Shown here: in pieces, positions 50,591 through 63,520 of the stretch
Numbering within the stretch: position 1 is the first letter of the stretch
Layout: the number at the start of each line of letters is the position of its first letter
Assembly: GCA_028534125.1 (NCBI GenBank)
Contig: CM052818.1
Span: 15,440,001 to 15,504,000, forward strand
Source: Lama glama
Lineage: Eukaryota
Direction of reading: 5' to 3'
DNA length: 64,000 nt
Program-made: the position numbers and the translations under genes
The notes under the pieces: model-generated
Database searches by the model: none
What the model was told of the DNA's origin: nothing
The model's input: only the letters and a program-made list of their open reading frames with translations

Positions 50591-51945
50591 TTGACTTTTA
50601 AATGTTAGTCCAGTCTTTATCCTTGAAGTAATATATCTTTGTTATCTCTTTTGTGTATTTCTGAATTAGTTTTTAACTATTTCATTAGGATTTTTGTATC
50701 TATTTTTATGAATGAGACTGATCTGTAAGTTTGCCTTCTCGAAATATCCTATGAGTATCTCGCTATTCTAGTTGGGCTGATCTTAAATGTTTGGTAGAAA
50801 CTTGAGGCTCCTGGGGCTGATTTTCCCTGTAGGAATGTTTTAAATTATGGGTGAGTTTTTTTTAAAGTTATAAGACTCTTCACATCTTGGTAAATTTATA
50901 TTCATTGGCAAGAAGATACTTTTAGTAATATAGATTATACACACACACATATATATAGAATGTCTGTAGGATCTTTGGTGGTGTTCCCTTTTCTCTTTCT
51001 GAAATTGATATTAAAAATTTTTTGTCTTATTTCTTGTTTTTTCAGTTATTCTCCTTATTGATTTATTTTACTATTTTCAAAGAATGAAATTCTGACTTGC
51101 CGATTTTATTATGTTAGTTTTTATTTCATTATTTCATTGATTTGTGTTCTTACTGTTATTTCTTTTTAATCTTTTTTTAAATGTACTTTTAAATCCCTTT
51201 TCTAACATCTTGAGATGGATTCATAGTTTATTAATTTTTCAGTCCTATCCCTTTTCTCACATATGAAATTAAAGCTATGGTTTCCTGATAAGTATGTTTT
51301 TAACTGCTTCTCATAACTTTGATATGCAGAATTTTAACTAGCTTTTAATTCAAAATATTTCCTAATCTTCTCGTAATTTGTTTCTTGACTCATGGGTCCT
51401 AAAGATTTATATTTCTTAATTTCCAAAAATTGTGGAAACATACTTTTGTTATTGATTTCTATCATAATCTTACTGTATCAGACATTTTCTCTATGATTTT
51501 AGTAATTGGAAATATATTGAGATTTACTTTAGTTTTTTAAAAAAACGTTTCAATATCCTCTGAAAAGAATTTGCATTCTACAGTTGTGGGGTGCAACATT
51601 CTATATATATCTATAAAGTCAAATTTGCTAATTATCTGTTCAAATCTTCTATACTCTTAACATTTTTTCTATCTTTTCTGTTAGAAAGTTCTATTAAAAA
51701 TTCCTACAATGATTGTAGATTTGACAGTTTCTTCTTGTAGTTATGTCAGTTTTATGTATTTTGAAACCATCATACCAGTTGCAGAGAAAATCAGAATTGT
51801 TTTATTTATTGGAAAATTAAACATTTTATTCTTAAGATGTGTTTCCTTTTTTTTTTTTTCCTTTCCGTCTAGTGTCTGTGGCCCTTAAGTTTACTTAATT
51901 TGAATTACTATAGCAACTTCACTTTCAATTTTTGGGATTTTTTTT

Positions 51946-52445
51946 NNNNNNNNNNNNNNNNNNNNNNNNNNNNNNNNNNNNNNNNNNNNNNNNNNNNNNN
52001 NNNNNNNNNNNNNNNNNNNNNNNNNNNNNNNNNNNNNNNNNNNNNNNNNNNNNNNNNNNNNNNNNNNNNNNNNNNNNNNNNNNNNNNNNNNNNNNNNNNN
52101 NNNNNNNNNNNNNNNNNNNNNNNNNNNNNNNNNNNNNNNNNNNNNNNNNNNNNNNNNNNNNNNNNNNNNNNNNNNNNNNNNNNNNNNNNNNNNNNNNNNN
52201 NNNNNNNNNNNNNNNNNNNNNNNNNNNNNNNNNNNNNNNNNNNNNNNNNNNNNNNNNNNNNNNNNNNNNNNNNNNNNNNNNNNNNNNNNNNNNNNNNNNN
52301 NNNNNNNNNNNNNNNNNNNNNNNNNNNNNNNNNNNNNNNNNNNNNNNNNNNNNNNNNNNNNNNNNNNNNNNNNNNNNNNNNNNNNNNNNNNNNNNNNNNN
52401 NNNNNNNNNNNNNNNNNNNNNNNNNNNNNNNNNNNNNNNNNNNNN
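51946..52445. other. Assembly gap (500 N)
   Basis: A run of exactly 500 N. Confidence 1.
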
Positions 52446-54584
52446 TTGTTTTATTTATTGGAAAATTAAACATTTTATTCTTAAGATGTGTTTCCTTTTT
52501 TTTTTTTTTTCCTTTCCGTCTAGTGTCTGTGGCCCTTAAGTTTACTTAATTTGAATTACTATAGCAACTTCACTTTCAATTTTTGGGATTTTTTTTACAT
52601 AGTACATTATTTTCATCCTTTTACTTTCAACTAACCTTCCCGTATTTTTATGTTTCACATTCAACTCTTATAAGAAGAAAATGTTTTTGTTTTCCAACTA
52701 TAATCTTTGTCTTTTAATTGGAGTTTCTAGTTCAGTTACATTCAGTGTAATTACTAATCACTTTCTGATTACCTATCTTTGGTGTGTTGCTTGTTTCCTA
52801 TACCTGTTTTTTTTTTTTTTCTCTTTTTCTTTCTTGTTTTCTTTGCATAGATAGATTAGTTTATATTATTCCGTTTTGTTCACTATTTGGAATTGACACA
52901 TTACTGTGCTTTTTTAGTGGTTATGCTAGAGGTCGTTCAGTGCACATTTGACTTATCAAGTCTGATACTAATTAGTATTTTTCTCCTTCTCCCAGAGAAT
53001 GCAGAGTACTCAAAACACATTGTATCAACTGATAAATCAGTCTGTCTTTCTTTGATATGTATCATCCATATATGTATGTTAATATATACTTACATGTGTA
53101 TACACAATATATAAATACAGTTTTTCTTCGTAATGCATTCTGTTTTCAGTTGTTTAAAATTTCCTATTTTTCTTTTGCATTCTTATTTTCACTGGGTATG
53201 AAATTTAACATTGGTAATTTTCTTTTCAATGCTGAAAATATTAATCCATTTTCCCTTGATTCCATTGTTTCTATCAAGAAGTCAGCTTTAAAGAAAATTT
53301 GCCTCTCACTCTTTTTTGGATGCTCTTTATTTTTTGTATTCTACAGTTTTACTGTAAGGAATCTGTATGCAGATTTTAAATATTTAGTATGGTTTGAGGC
53401 TTATTGGATGTTTGAATCAGTGAATTGACGTTTTTCATCAGTTTTAGAAAACTCTTAGTTATTATATCTTCAAATACTGCTTTTGTTCCCTATGTTTCTC
53501 CCCTTCTGAGGTTGTAAGTACACATATATTAGAACTTGTCAGTGTACTCAGTATGTACCTATTCTTATTTTTGCCTCCCCACTATGCTTCCTTTCAGTAT
53601 TTTTTCTCACTTGGTTTTTTTTTAAATTAGACTGCACATATACATTATATTGCATGTAAATACATATATACTGTATACTGCACATTTTCATTTAGTTTCT
53701 TATTCTTTAACTCTTCAGCTTTGTCTAATTTACTGTTAAATACCTCTGAATTCAAAATTTTAGCTATTGTGTTTTTAAATTCTAGATTTTGGGGATTCTT
53801 TTTCAAATATGCAAAGTGACTTTTATAGTTTCTACTTTTCTGGTAAATTTTTCATTTTTCTTTTGATTCTTGACTAGAGTAAGTAGTTATTTAACAATTT
53901 GAGTCTGATAATTACAACATATTCCACTCCCCTTTAAATCTGATACCATTAATTTTTATTCCTGCTGATTTTACTTTATATTGTCCTTATTTTATGTTTT
54001 CTAAATATTATGTTTGTGGAAAAAATTGTTGGTGGAAGTAATTTGAGGCCTAGAGTGATGGTTTTTCCTCTAAAGAGGATTTTATTGTTTTATTCCATGA
54101 TGTTTTTCCAGTTTTTCAATTTGTCCTCAATAGGAGGGTTAGTCTGCATTACTTAATCCAACATTACAGTAAATGCACCCAATTTTATCCTTTCTGAATA
54201 TTGAAATAGCATTTGTCTGTGTCCACCTTCTATATTCACCCTATCTTAGCAATTTTTAAAAACTCTAGTGAAGCGATTCAGTAGTTTCCTGTGTGCAATA
54301 TTTAGATGTTCTAGAATATAATTTATTAGTCAGGTAGTAGTATCATTTTTTTCTTCAACTAAATTTTAAATGTAAGAGCCAAGACATATTTTCATTTGAC
54401 TTTAATTTATACCGAGTTCTTTATGATAGCAGTGGGAAGTTTTTCTTTAAGCCATTTCTAGGTGATGATATCTAGGCTATATCATTAACACTAAAGAAGA
54501 TTATATTCTTATCAGCTGTTGCACATAATTCATATAAAACTTAGGTCAGAATTTCTAACCGTAACTTCCACACAAGGGAGGTAA

Positions 54585-54835
54585 TATATTGTAGTGATAA
54601 GAATGTGGGTATTAGAGTATCAGGAGTGGCGGTAAGTCATGACTTACCCACCAGCTATGTGACATTAGACATATTCATTAACCTCTCTAAGCCTGTTTTC
54701 TAGGTTGTTAAATAGGGATGGACAGTTCTTAGCTCATGAAACTGACATGAAAATTAAATGGGATTATGCATATAAACTGCTTAACACATTGATTGGCACT
54801 CTCTGAGCACATGATGGATTTTTGCTGTTAGTCTT
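54585..54835 (+). mobile_element. MIR (near full length)
   Basis: GTAGTGATAAGAATGTGGG...CAGCTATGTGAC...TTAACCTCTCTAAGCCT...ATTAAATGGGATTATGCATATAAACTGCTTAAC. Confidence 0.7.
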
Positions 54836-54855
54836 ATTTTGAGGATATGGTATTA

Positions 54856-55045
54856 CAGTTGGCCTTGTGTATCCATGGGTTCTACACCCATGGACTTAAT
54901 CAACCTCAGGTGGATGATGTGGTACCCATGGATACAGAGGGTCGACTACACTAGGCCATTTGACATAAGGGACTTGAGCATCTACAGATTTCGGTATCTG
55001 CAGGCATCCTGGAACCAACTCCCCAGAGTTACTGAGAGATGACTG
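54856..55045. mobile_element. TcMar-Tigger MITE (MER2-like)
   Basis: TA|CAGTTGGCCTTGTGTATCC ... GGGACTTGAGCATC ... TACTGAGAGATGACTG|TA, with a TA target duplication. Confidence 0.85.
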
Positions 55046-55189
55046 TATTATAATTTGTTTAAGTTTGATTAAGGAAGACACCATTCTCTCTGGCTTTGAT
55101 TCTTTAGGTATTATTCATCTGAAAACATGTTTCTATAAGCAGATATAGAATAGCCTCTAGCTCAAAGCTGTTCCTGACTGTAATTTTCA

Positions 55190-55640
55190 CAAAAATTACT
55201 TTCAACGAAAGCTCCTCTAATTGCATGTATGTGCAGTTGTTTTGGAACCCACTACAGAGCTTACCTTTATACATGTTTGATTTCATGTGTTTGGATTCTT
55301 TTGCTAGTATATCTACCTTTCATTCTTTTATCTGTTATAATAATTATCATGTTCACAAATAACAGTGTTCATTCAGGTCATTGATGAAAATGTTAAACTC
55401 AGTAGAAACAAGATGACATTGCAGTAAATTATGTGTAGTATTATCTGGCTTGAAAATCTTAATAAACCTTTTACAAAAAGAAGCAAATTTAATTTAGCAC
55501 GAGCCATCACTCTGGTGGCGCAGACAGATCACGGTGGTCTTTTCTAAGAGTGAGGAGACTTTCATGTTTAATAATACCTGCAGATTTTTCCTGGACATCA
55601 GGTCAGTGAGTTAGCTTCGTAATTTTCATCATGCAAAGCC
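55190..55640 (-). mobile_element. CR1/L3 RT-region fossil
   Basis: TTCAGGTCATTGATGAAAATGTTAAAC is the antisense of an FNIFINDL-coding block typical of CR1 RT. Further collinear CR1-like blocks extend to ~55630. Confidence 0.65.
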
Positions 55641-55985
55641 TGAAACACCGTTTCTAAAATTTGTTATTGGAATGTTTTTTGAATTTTCCCACAGGTTATT
55701 ACCATGAGGTTACTTTTCCCACACTTCCCAAAAGATATGATCATCTGTGGTTGGGAGAAATTGCATTTGTTTGAAGGGGTCGTTTGCTTTTTCCTATTTC
55801 ATAAATAACCCAAAGCTTAGTCTTCCTTCTTAAAAATAGTCAGTATTTATGCTTTATCTTTTAATTGCCAAGAACTTTTTATGATTTTTAAGGTCTATTT
55901 TTCCTGATGCTATAGCATGCCTACTTAAGTGTTTCATTATTGTCTAAGTTGACATCATCTCCCTGCCTGCCTTTTAGTGACAAAT

Positions 55986-56103
55986 TATTTTTGGAGGGGG
56001 AGGTAATTAGGTTTATTTATTTTTATTTATTGATGTAGGTACCGGGGATTGAACTCGTGCATGCTAAGCACATGCTTTACCACTGAGCTGTACCCTCCCC
56101 CTC
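55986..56103 (-). mobile_element. Camelid tRNA-Ala-derived SINE (Vic-1 type) with a small internal deletion
   Basis: Minus strand reads GGGGGAGGGTACAGCTCAGTGGTAAAGCATGTGCTTAGCATGCACGAGTTCAATCCCCGGTACC, then a CCTAATTACCTCCCCC tail. Flanked by GACAAAT repeats. Confidence 0.9.
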
Positions 56104-58289
56104 GACAAATAAAATATTTTGATGACAGGAAACAATCAGCTTGTTGTGTGTGTGTGTGTTTCTTTTAATACATTGTAATAATCTCCACTTTAGTAGAGCA
56201 GTTAAGCCATAAGTGTTCTTATAAAGGCAAAGTAGAATTAAGTGCATTAAAAACCATCAGGAGAATGTTAAGGTTATAATATGCGCTGTGTTTAAATATA
56301 TATTAAATCCATTAAATATGCACATGTATAAAGTGCTAAGTCAAATAGCAATTGAATAAGATGAATGTTAATTCAAAAATCATTATTGCATTAGGATGAT
56401 ACATAGTTACTTACAGAATATAATTTTAAAAGTACAAGGGACTTTTAGCAAGCACTGGATTAAGGATTCTTATTCTTCACTGGACAGAACAGAAACCTAG
56501 GGAGGGAAAATAACTTGCTCCAAACCACATGGTTTGTGTAGTAAGAAGGACCATCTCCATAGTTCTTGACTTCCAGTATGTTTTGACCACTTGCTCTTAT
56601 AATCCAAAAGTTTACCACGTGGTAAGAATGGATTTCCTGGCCTAGGAGAAGATTTAGTAATTGTGTACTGTTTAGTCTTATTACTGGAAAGAAAAAAGGC
56701 AAAGTGGAATTTGTTTGAAATAATTGCTACAGTAAGAAAAAAAATCCACCAGTTTTTCCTTTTCTTTGATGTTTGAATTTGCAGAAGTGACCTTTGGGAT
56801 CAAAGAAATAAAAGATAAGTTCCAGTATCACCATGTGTGGAGGAGGCAGAATCAGGCTTGTGGCAATAATATGAAGTTCTAAGGCCTTAAAGGTTTCTTC
56901 CTTAATTATCTTTGAAAAGTTCAGCTGTTTGTTCTGAACAAAATGAAACCATGGGCTGCAGGAACAGAATAAAAATATCAAACTCCTGGGAACTACTCAA
57001 GGTATTCCTCATAGCCTTTATAGAGGGCACAGTAAAATGTAACAGCGTTACTGGGTGGCGTGCTGGACTGCTCTGTTGAAGCCATCTTTGGAGTCTCTGT
57101 CTCTTGTCTCTGCCTCTCTCTGTTTCTGTGTCTCTGTGTCTGTGACTATCTCTTACCTGTTCAGTCCATCTTCAGAATCCATCTCCACCTTCTTATCTGC
57201 ATCACTCCAAACCCCTTGCTTATACTTGGTCTAATCTCTTCTCCAAAGACACAGTCTCAAAGTTAACTTCTCAGAATTGCTCCCAGAATACTCTTTGCCT
57301 AATAGCTTGGTGTTAGAGGACCAGGGAGAGGATATTAGAGCATCCGAGAGCTATATGTCACTGTTTTCAAGCATCTTTCTTTCCTGGAATGTTTACCCTC
57401 TCCGTTTTCTTAATGGCAACTGAGAAAAAAAGCAGTTTTAAGTCAACTGGAAGGTTCTATGATGAATGTTATGTTGTTAAAAAAAAAGTCTTGTTTCCTA
57501 AGGCATCACGTAAAATGAGTAATCTTTATATCCTCATTAGCAAGTAGGTAGTAAAATTTCAAGGTGATTGTATCTACATGCAAATGTATTGAGTGTTTCT
57601 TTTGAAATCTGTTTCAGAAGTAATTATATTTGGGGTGCTGAATGTTTATGCCTCTTTTCTTCTGTATGTACATGTTATGTTTAAATAGCATTGGCAGTGG
57701 CACTGGGGTTGCAGATAGTACGTCCAGGCAGGTTTCCTTCTTTCTTTCTGACATACATACTTAGGAAAACAATAACATCGGGCATATTGAAAATAGCACT
57801 ATTTTAGTTTAATCATACACATTTTCCTCATATCTGTGTGGTCACATAATTAATAATGCCTCTGTGGCTTATGTATTTTGCAGAAGTATGTCTTTCATTT
57901 ATCACATAAATAACCACAGCCTTCCTGAATAGAAGGACACAAAAGCAAAGGAAAGCGCATAACCCAGTGGATTTTCTTGTTCCTATCTTCCCATCAATTG
58001 CCTATTTTATGTACAAAAATGAATCTTATTTTACCTATATACATGTTCCTTTGCCCTGTTGGGAAATAAATTCACTATAAAAATGATGATGAATAAAAAA
58101 AAATCACTCCCAGATAGCATTTTCCACTTTGACAAGAGGTTTCAATGTCTTAATCCATAGAGCAATCCAAATTTGTTCCATTTTTGGGTCAAAATGCTGT
58201 TTTACATTACTTGTTTGTTTTACTGGAGGGCTTCTGCTGTGCCTCAAATCTCAGCAAATACAAAGTCATCTGTTTTGTCTGTAACAATG

Positions 58290-59240
58290 GTTAAACTGAC
58301 AGGCCTTTCCTAGGCTATCCAAATCCAGCTGTCATGCAATCATAGGCTCTTCAGCCCTTTTCTGAACTTTTGGAGACAAGAAATTCACTGCTTCATCAGG
58401 AGACTATTGTTTTAGCTCTGTAGAGCTATAATTGCCATATTACATGGTGTGACTTTAGGTATACAGTGTGATGATTTGGTACATATATGTTGTAAAATGA
58501 TTATGGCAATAAGAGTCATTGACATCCACCCTCTCACATAGTTACTTTTTTTTTTTTTTGGTGAGAACATTTAAGATTTACTCTCTTAACAAATTTCAAG
58601 CATGTAATACAGTATTAACAATAGTCTCCGTAACATTACATCCCCAGAAATTATTCATCTTATAACTGGAAGTTTGTATTTTTCAACCAACATCTCCACA
58701 TTTCTCCCACCTCCTACTCCCTGGAAACTACTAATCTACTCTTTCTCTGAGTTTGGCTTTTTTTAGATCTACATGTAAGTGAGATCATACAGTATTTGTC
58801 TTTCTCTGCTTTACTTCACTTAGCATAATGCCCTTAAGTTCCATCCATGTTGTCACATGTTGCAGTGTTTCCTTCTTCATCCATTTATCTGCCAGTGGAC
58901 ATTTCGGTGGTATTCATGTCTTAGCTATTGTGAGTAATGCTTCAGTAAACATGGGGGTGCTGAGATCTCTTCACGATAGTGATTTCCTTTTCTTGAGATA
59001 AATACCCAGAAGTGGGATTGCTGGATCATGTGGTAGATCTAATTTCAGTTTTGGAGAAGCCTCCGTACTGCTTTTGTAGTGGCTGCACCAGTTTACCTTC
59101 CCAACAGGGTACAGGGCTTCCTTTTTTTAGGAATCTATTCTTAATTCTTGACAGTTTTAGGTTAAAAGTGAGTTAATGTTTTAATCCAAATATCTTCTTC
59201 TCTAATGTCTCCATCCATTCTTCTCATTCCCTGCTGAGCT
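58290..59240 (-). mobile_element. CR1/L3 3' fragment split by an L1 (halves ~58290-58410 and ~59135-59240)
   Basis: CAGCCCTTTTCTGAAC...AAATTCACTGCTTC on the left and TAATCCAAATATCTTCTTCTCTAATGTCTCCATCCATT on the right resemble the antisense CR1 3' end. Confidence 0.45.
58410..59130 (-). mobile_element. L1 3' end (L1MA9-like)
   Basis: GGTGAGAACATTTAAGATTTACTCTCTTAACAAATTTCAAG...AAATACCCAGAAGTGGGATTGCTGGATCATG, with TSD-like CTATTGTT/CTATTCTT. Confidence 0.85.
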
Positions 59241-60024
59241 GCACAGACCTGGCCTAAACTGTGTGACTTTGATGGTCTTGTAAACAGCTTGCTTTGCTCT
59301 TCAGCATGTCTTCTCCCCGCCAAACCTAGCAGTCCCCTGTGACAGCTGCCACTCTCGTGCCCTACTTCCAGCCTTCACCAGCTAATCTTTGCTCTCCCCT
59401 AGCTGCACTCAAGGACGTTGATGTTTCCTCTAAAATGACGCAAAAGAAGAGGCATAGGAAGAGAGAGAGAGTGGAAGACAGGGAGAGAAGTATATTTAAG
59501 GATGCACGTAGAGAAACAGAGACAGGTAGAGACAGCAGAAGTTAGATGTACCAGGAAGGAAGAGCGTAGCCAGGGGCTGGGTTGACACCTGCATACTTTC
59601 CCATAAGCTTTCCTTAACGAAGCCCCAGGTCAGTGTATTTTGGCAATCTCATAACATCATTGATTTGCATTGAGATGTTAGCCAAAACAATCCCCCTTAT
59701 TTTTTTTTTTACAAACACAATAGTACTTTAACATTCAATGAGATCTGACTGTCTGAATCACCTTTAAACTCATTTAATCCTAACACATTCATCAAAGATC
59801 ATACTCTTTACGAAATCAATTATACAGATGAAGAAACTGAAGCACAGAGAGGTTCAGCCATGAGCTCCCGTGTTTGGTAGGTAAATGGCACAGCAAAGAT
59901 GCCAGGCTAGCCTGTGCTTGCACAGCTTTGATAAAATGGACTTTTAACAAAATCCAGACTACATTTTACTGTATTTATTTTCTTTTTTGATAAACGTGGC
60001 CCGTTGTTTCATCCTATCATTTTT

Positions 60025-60993
60025 AAAAAAATGTGGGTGGATTTTTTAAAAATATACTTTAATTTTTAAAGCAGTTTTAAGTTCACAGCAAAATTGAGTG
60101 GAAAGTACAGAGTTTCTAGGTACCCTCTTGCTTGCTCCTTCCCACGCACAGCCAATCTCATCATTCTCTATCCTCTGCCTCCCTCCTAACCCATGGAAAC
60201 TGCTGGACTTTTTACTGTCTCTATAGTTCTGCCTTTTCCAGAATGTCATATTGTTGGAATCATGCCATTTGTAGCCTTTGCCAGATTGGCTTCTTTCACT
60301 TAGTAATATACGTTTAGGCTTCCCAAAGTCTTCTCAAGGCTTGATAGCTAATTTCATGCCAACTTTCCCTTGTATGGATGTACCTCAGTTTATTGGTCTA
60401 TTCACTTAGTGAAGGATATCTTGGTTCTAAATTTGAGCAATTATAAATAAAGCTGCTATAAACATCGATGTGCAGATTTTTGTATGGACATAAGTTTTCA
60501 ACTTATTTAGGTAAATATCAAGCAGAGAAATCTCTGGATCATATGGTAAGAGTATGCTTAGTTTCATAAGAAAGTACCAAATTATTTTCCAAAGTGGCTG
60601 CACCATTTATATTCTCAACCATTGAATGAGAGTTCCTGTTGTTCCAAAACCTTGCCAGTACTTGGTATTGTCAGTGTCTTGGGCTTTGGCCATTCTATTA
60701 GTTGTGCAGTCATTTCTCAATTGATGAGCTGAACTTCATTAAAACTAAAAACTTCTGCTTTGCAAAAGACACTGTCAAGAAAATGAGAATTCAAGCCACA
60801 GATTAAGAAAATATTTGCAGATGATATACCTGATAAAGGACTGTTCTTTAAAATATACAAAGAAGCCTTAAAACTCAAAAATTTAGAAAAAATCAGTTAA
60901 AAACTGGACAAAAAGACCTGACAGGTACCCTTACCAAAGATGAAATACAGATGGCAAATAAGCATATGGAAAGATACTCACCATCACAAGTTG
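60025..60993 (-). mobile_element. Older L1 (L1MB/MC-like) with 5' inversion (element C)
   Basis: 60040-60720 is antisense 3'UTR/ORF2 end and 60721-60993 is sense ORF2 (TTAAAACTAAAAACTTCTGCTTTGCAAAAGACAC). TSD TCCTATCATTTT (60012-60023) / TCCTGTCATTTT|AA (60994-61005), matching the L1 endonuclease TTTT/AA site. Confidence 0.85.
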
Positions 60994-63169
60994 TCCTGTC
61001 ATTTTAATCCTAAGTCACCTTTTGCATTGGCTATTTCTCTCAGTTTCTTTTAATAAGCAAATAATAAGCATATCACTTTTTTCTCATCCAAAGCATTCAT
61101 GGACTTGATAAGCAGAATGATCAAGAATGGAATACAATGATTTAAGCTTTGAGCCTTTTTTCCAAGTGATATTGATTCATGTGTCAGTATTCTTTAGATA
61201 AAGACATTTACTTATTTTAATGGATTCTAGAATGAATTAATATCCAGGTATATTTTTCTATCTTATTATCCAGGATATTATAATAGACTATTTCTAATAC
61301 TTGGCTGTGTTTCCTTTATATCCACTTTTTCTACTGTTTCTATTCTAATGGTTTACCCATCAAATTATTTGAGTAAAATTATGTACACTTGAATATTTCC
61401 TGAGTAGTTTCAATGAGATAATTTTCCAAGGTAATTGACATTTCAGTGATTTCGAATTATGTAAAAATAGTTTGCTACAATTAGAGATTCTTCATTTGCT
61501 CCTTAAAATATAGATATAAAAATGCAGTTAAAGAGCAGTGTGGATGTGCATGTATATGTCTACATACACACGTGTATATCTGTTTATATATACAAATTTT
61601 AGATGTATGGACTTTACTTATAAATTTTAACTTTAGAAATAGAAATTTGATCATTTATAATATTTATTATAGTTCTAATTCTGGAAAATTTTCAGAGCTC
61701 AAGTAGTGAGAGTAGCTTAAGTAGTGAAAAACAGTATTCCTGTTGCTTTTCTGCCTTCTAGAATCATCCAAGTTCTAATCTTATATGATAGTGAATACAT
61801 GGTCCTTTTGCCTTTAAGGGAAGCTCAGGTAGCAACAGAGTCAAGTTGAATTTCCCAAAGTATAGGGTGTTTTAATCTTCTACTTTCACCTCTCAGTTTC
61901 CTTCCAAATGGACTAGAAAGTAGAATTAAAATAAACTCTACTGAATTAAAAAGTAGAATTAAAAATTATGCATGTTGGGGCAATACTGAATCCCTGGCTT
62001 TCTGTGGGGATGTTTGGAAGACTCATTGTCATTAAGGAAGGTATTAAACTTTGCCTGAGTGTTTTGTGAAATGCTGGACTATGACAAGTAATCAGTGAGA
62101 AAAACTCGAACAAATGGTGCCAGGTTGATGTCCACTGGCAACAGCATAAATTGTCCAATTTCTTTATCTTTGTTTCTGCAGCTTCTTTCCCTTATCAAAG
62201 AGAGAAAGGCCTATCCATTTTACAAACGGAAGATGGTCAGAGGGTAAAACAAAATTAGCATGTACGTCTGTAATTGCTCAATCATCCCCCCCTCCCCCAA
62301 ATCACTGCAAATGACTTTTTTTTTTTTTTTTGGTAAGAATAATTGTGCACCTGCTTTTCAAAACACAAAAGCTGGTTTCGCCTTTGTGCATAAAATGTGA
62401 TTTGGAGAATTTGAGGATCATGCAACCACATATTTACATAATCAAATGGCAAACTGCACTTTATTTTAAGCTCACGGAGTCTTTGTTCTTCCGTACCCAA
62501 CAATCATGTAAATAATGCCAAAACCCCTGGTGCCTGTCTGACAGTTGGGGGGTTAGAGTTTAGTTTGTATAACACTATAGCAAGGACATGGAAGAGTAAT
62601 GAATACACATGATTCTAGGACGGTGTACTGAAAATATCTCCTATTTTCCCAGTACATGCCAAAGCCAGTTTTAGAATTTTTTTCCCCATCTACCCACCTT
62701 GTGCACATTACAATTTTTGTTCCCTGGGGGAAAAAGAAGTATAAGGATTCTTGTTGATGATCCAAGAAATGTGAATAAAGTTGTTGGCAGATGGTTCGCA
62801 CATTTCATTCTGAAATATCTTATAGTGACAAATAACAAAGTGTATATAATTAGCTCTATGCAGATGGCATGCCAAGTGTTGATATTCATCTCTGCAGACT
62901 TCTTACAAAGACACTATTTTAAGAGTCAAGATTCAGAGACAGCCTGTGAACCCTCTAAAGAAGAACTCAGCAGGGTTTTACCTAAAAGGACTATGACTAT
63001 CAAGTAATTTTTGAGACCACGTTTCCTGTCCTGTACCCATTTTGTACCCCATGGGGAGGAAACCCCACAATGAGTTGTGTCTACACACAACTAACTGGAC
63101 TGTTCTGACTGAACTGGCAGAGGCGTGCACCAGTGAATTTAGGGACCTGTGTTCATTGTATTAAACTAT

Positions 63170-63520
63170 GGCACTCTTCTTTCTTTTCCTCCATCCAGCC
63201 ACACTTTTGAACCTGTTTTCTTTACCCAGAATGCTCTGCCTTCACATCATTTCATGGCTGGAGTGTCTTGTCAATTAGATTTTAGTTTAAATGTCACCTC
63301 CTCAAAAAGGCTTTCCCTGGTGACCCAAACACTGCCTATTCCTTCCCACTCCTTGTTCCTCTTATATTATACTGGTTGATTTTTTCTTTAGTTTTTGTTA
63401 CTGTACTTGAGTTAAGTGATAAGTGAAGACTTCGACCGTTTGTTCCCTGCCGTATTCCTGGCCTCAATTACAGTGCATGGCGTGTGAGAGAGTTCATTAA
63501 ATGTTACTTACATGAATAGC
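63170..63520 (+). mobile_element. LINE-2 3' fragment
   Basis: TTTAAATGTCACCTCCTCAAAAAGGCTTTCCCTG...ACAGTGCATGGCGTG...CATTAAATGTTACTTACATGAAT. Confidence 0.7.

Larger units (their letters stand above)
46320..54100 (-). mobile_element. Ancient long L1 (L1M/L1ME-type), 3'UTR to ORF1, hosting nested elements
   Basis: Antisense 3' part (TTGCTCAACATTATGTTGATGAGATTCATCCATG; GGACATTTAGGTTG), ORF2-like sequence at 49.5-52.8 kb and ORF1-like sequence at 53.2-53.9 kb. Strongly T-rich. Confidence 0.75.

Noticed and set aside
51900..52549. Three ~190-aa ORFs
   Set aside because: Artefacts of translating through the N gap.
61915..61965. AAAGTAGAATTAAAA repeated with a short spacer
   Set aside because: Only two copies, so a local microduplication and not an array or CRISPR-like structure.
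62182..62245. Good acceptor TTTCTGCAG followed by a short open frame
   Set aside because: The donor is weak and the downstream sequence resembles the MIR core (CCATTTTACA...).
62898..63007. Acceptor CTCTGCAG plus frame DFLQRHYFKSQDSETACEPSKEELSRVLPKRTMTIK
   Set aside because: Phase-compatible with the other plus-strand candidates, but the polypyrimidine tract and donor are weak and no homology is recognised. Similar chains can be built on both strands, which suggests chance.
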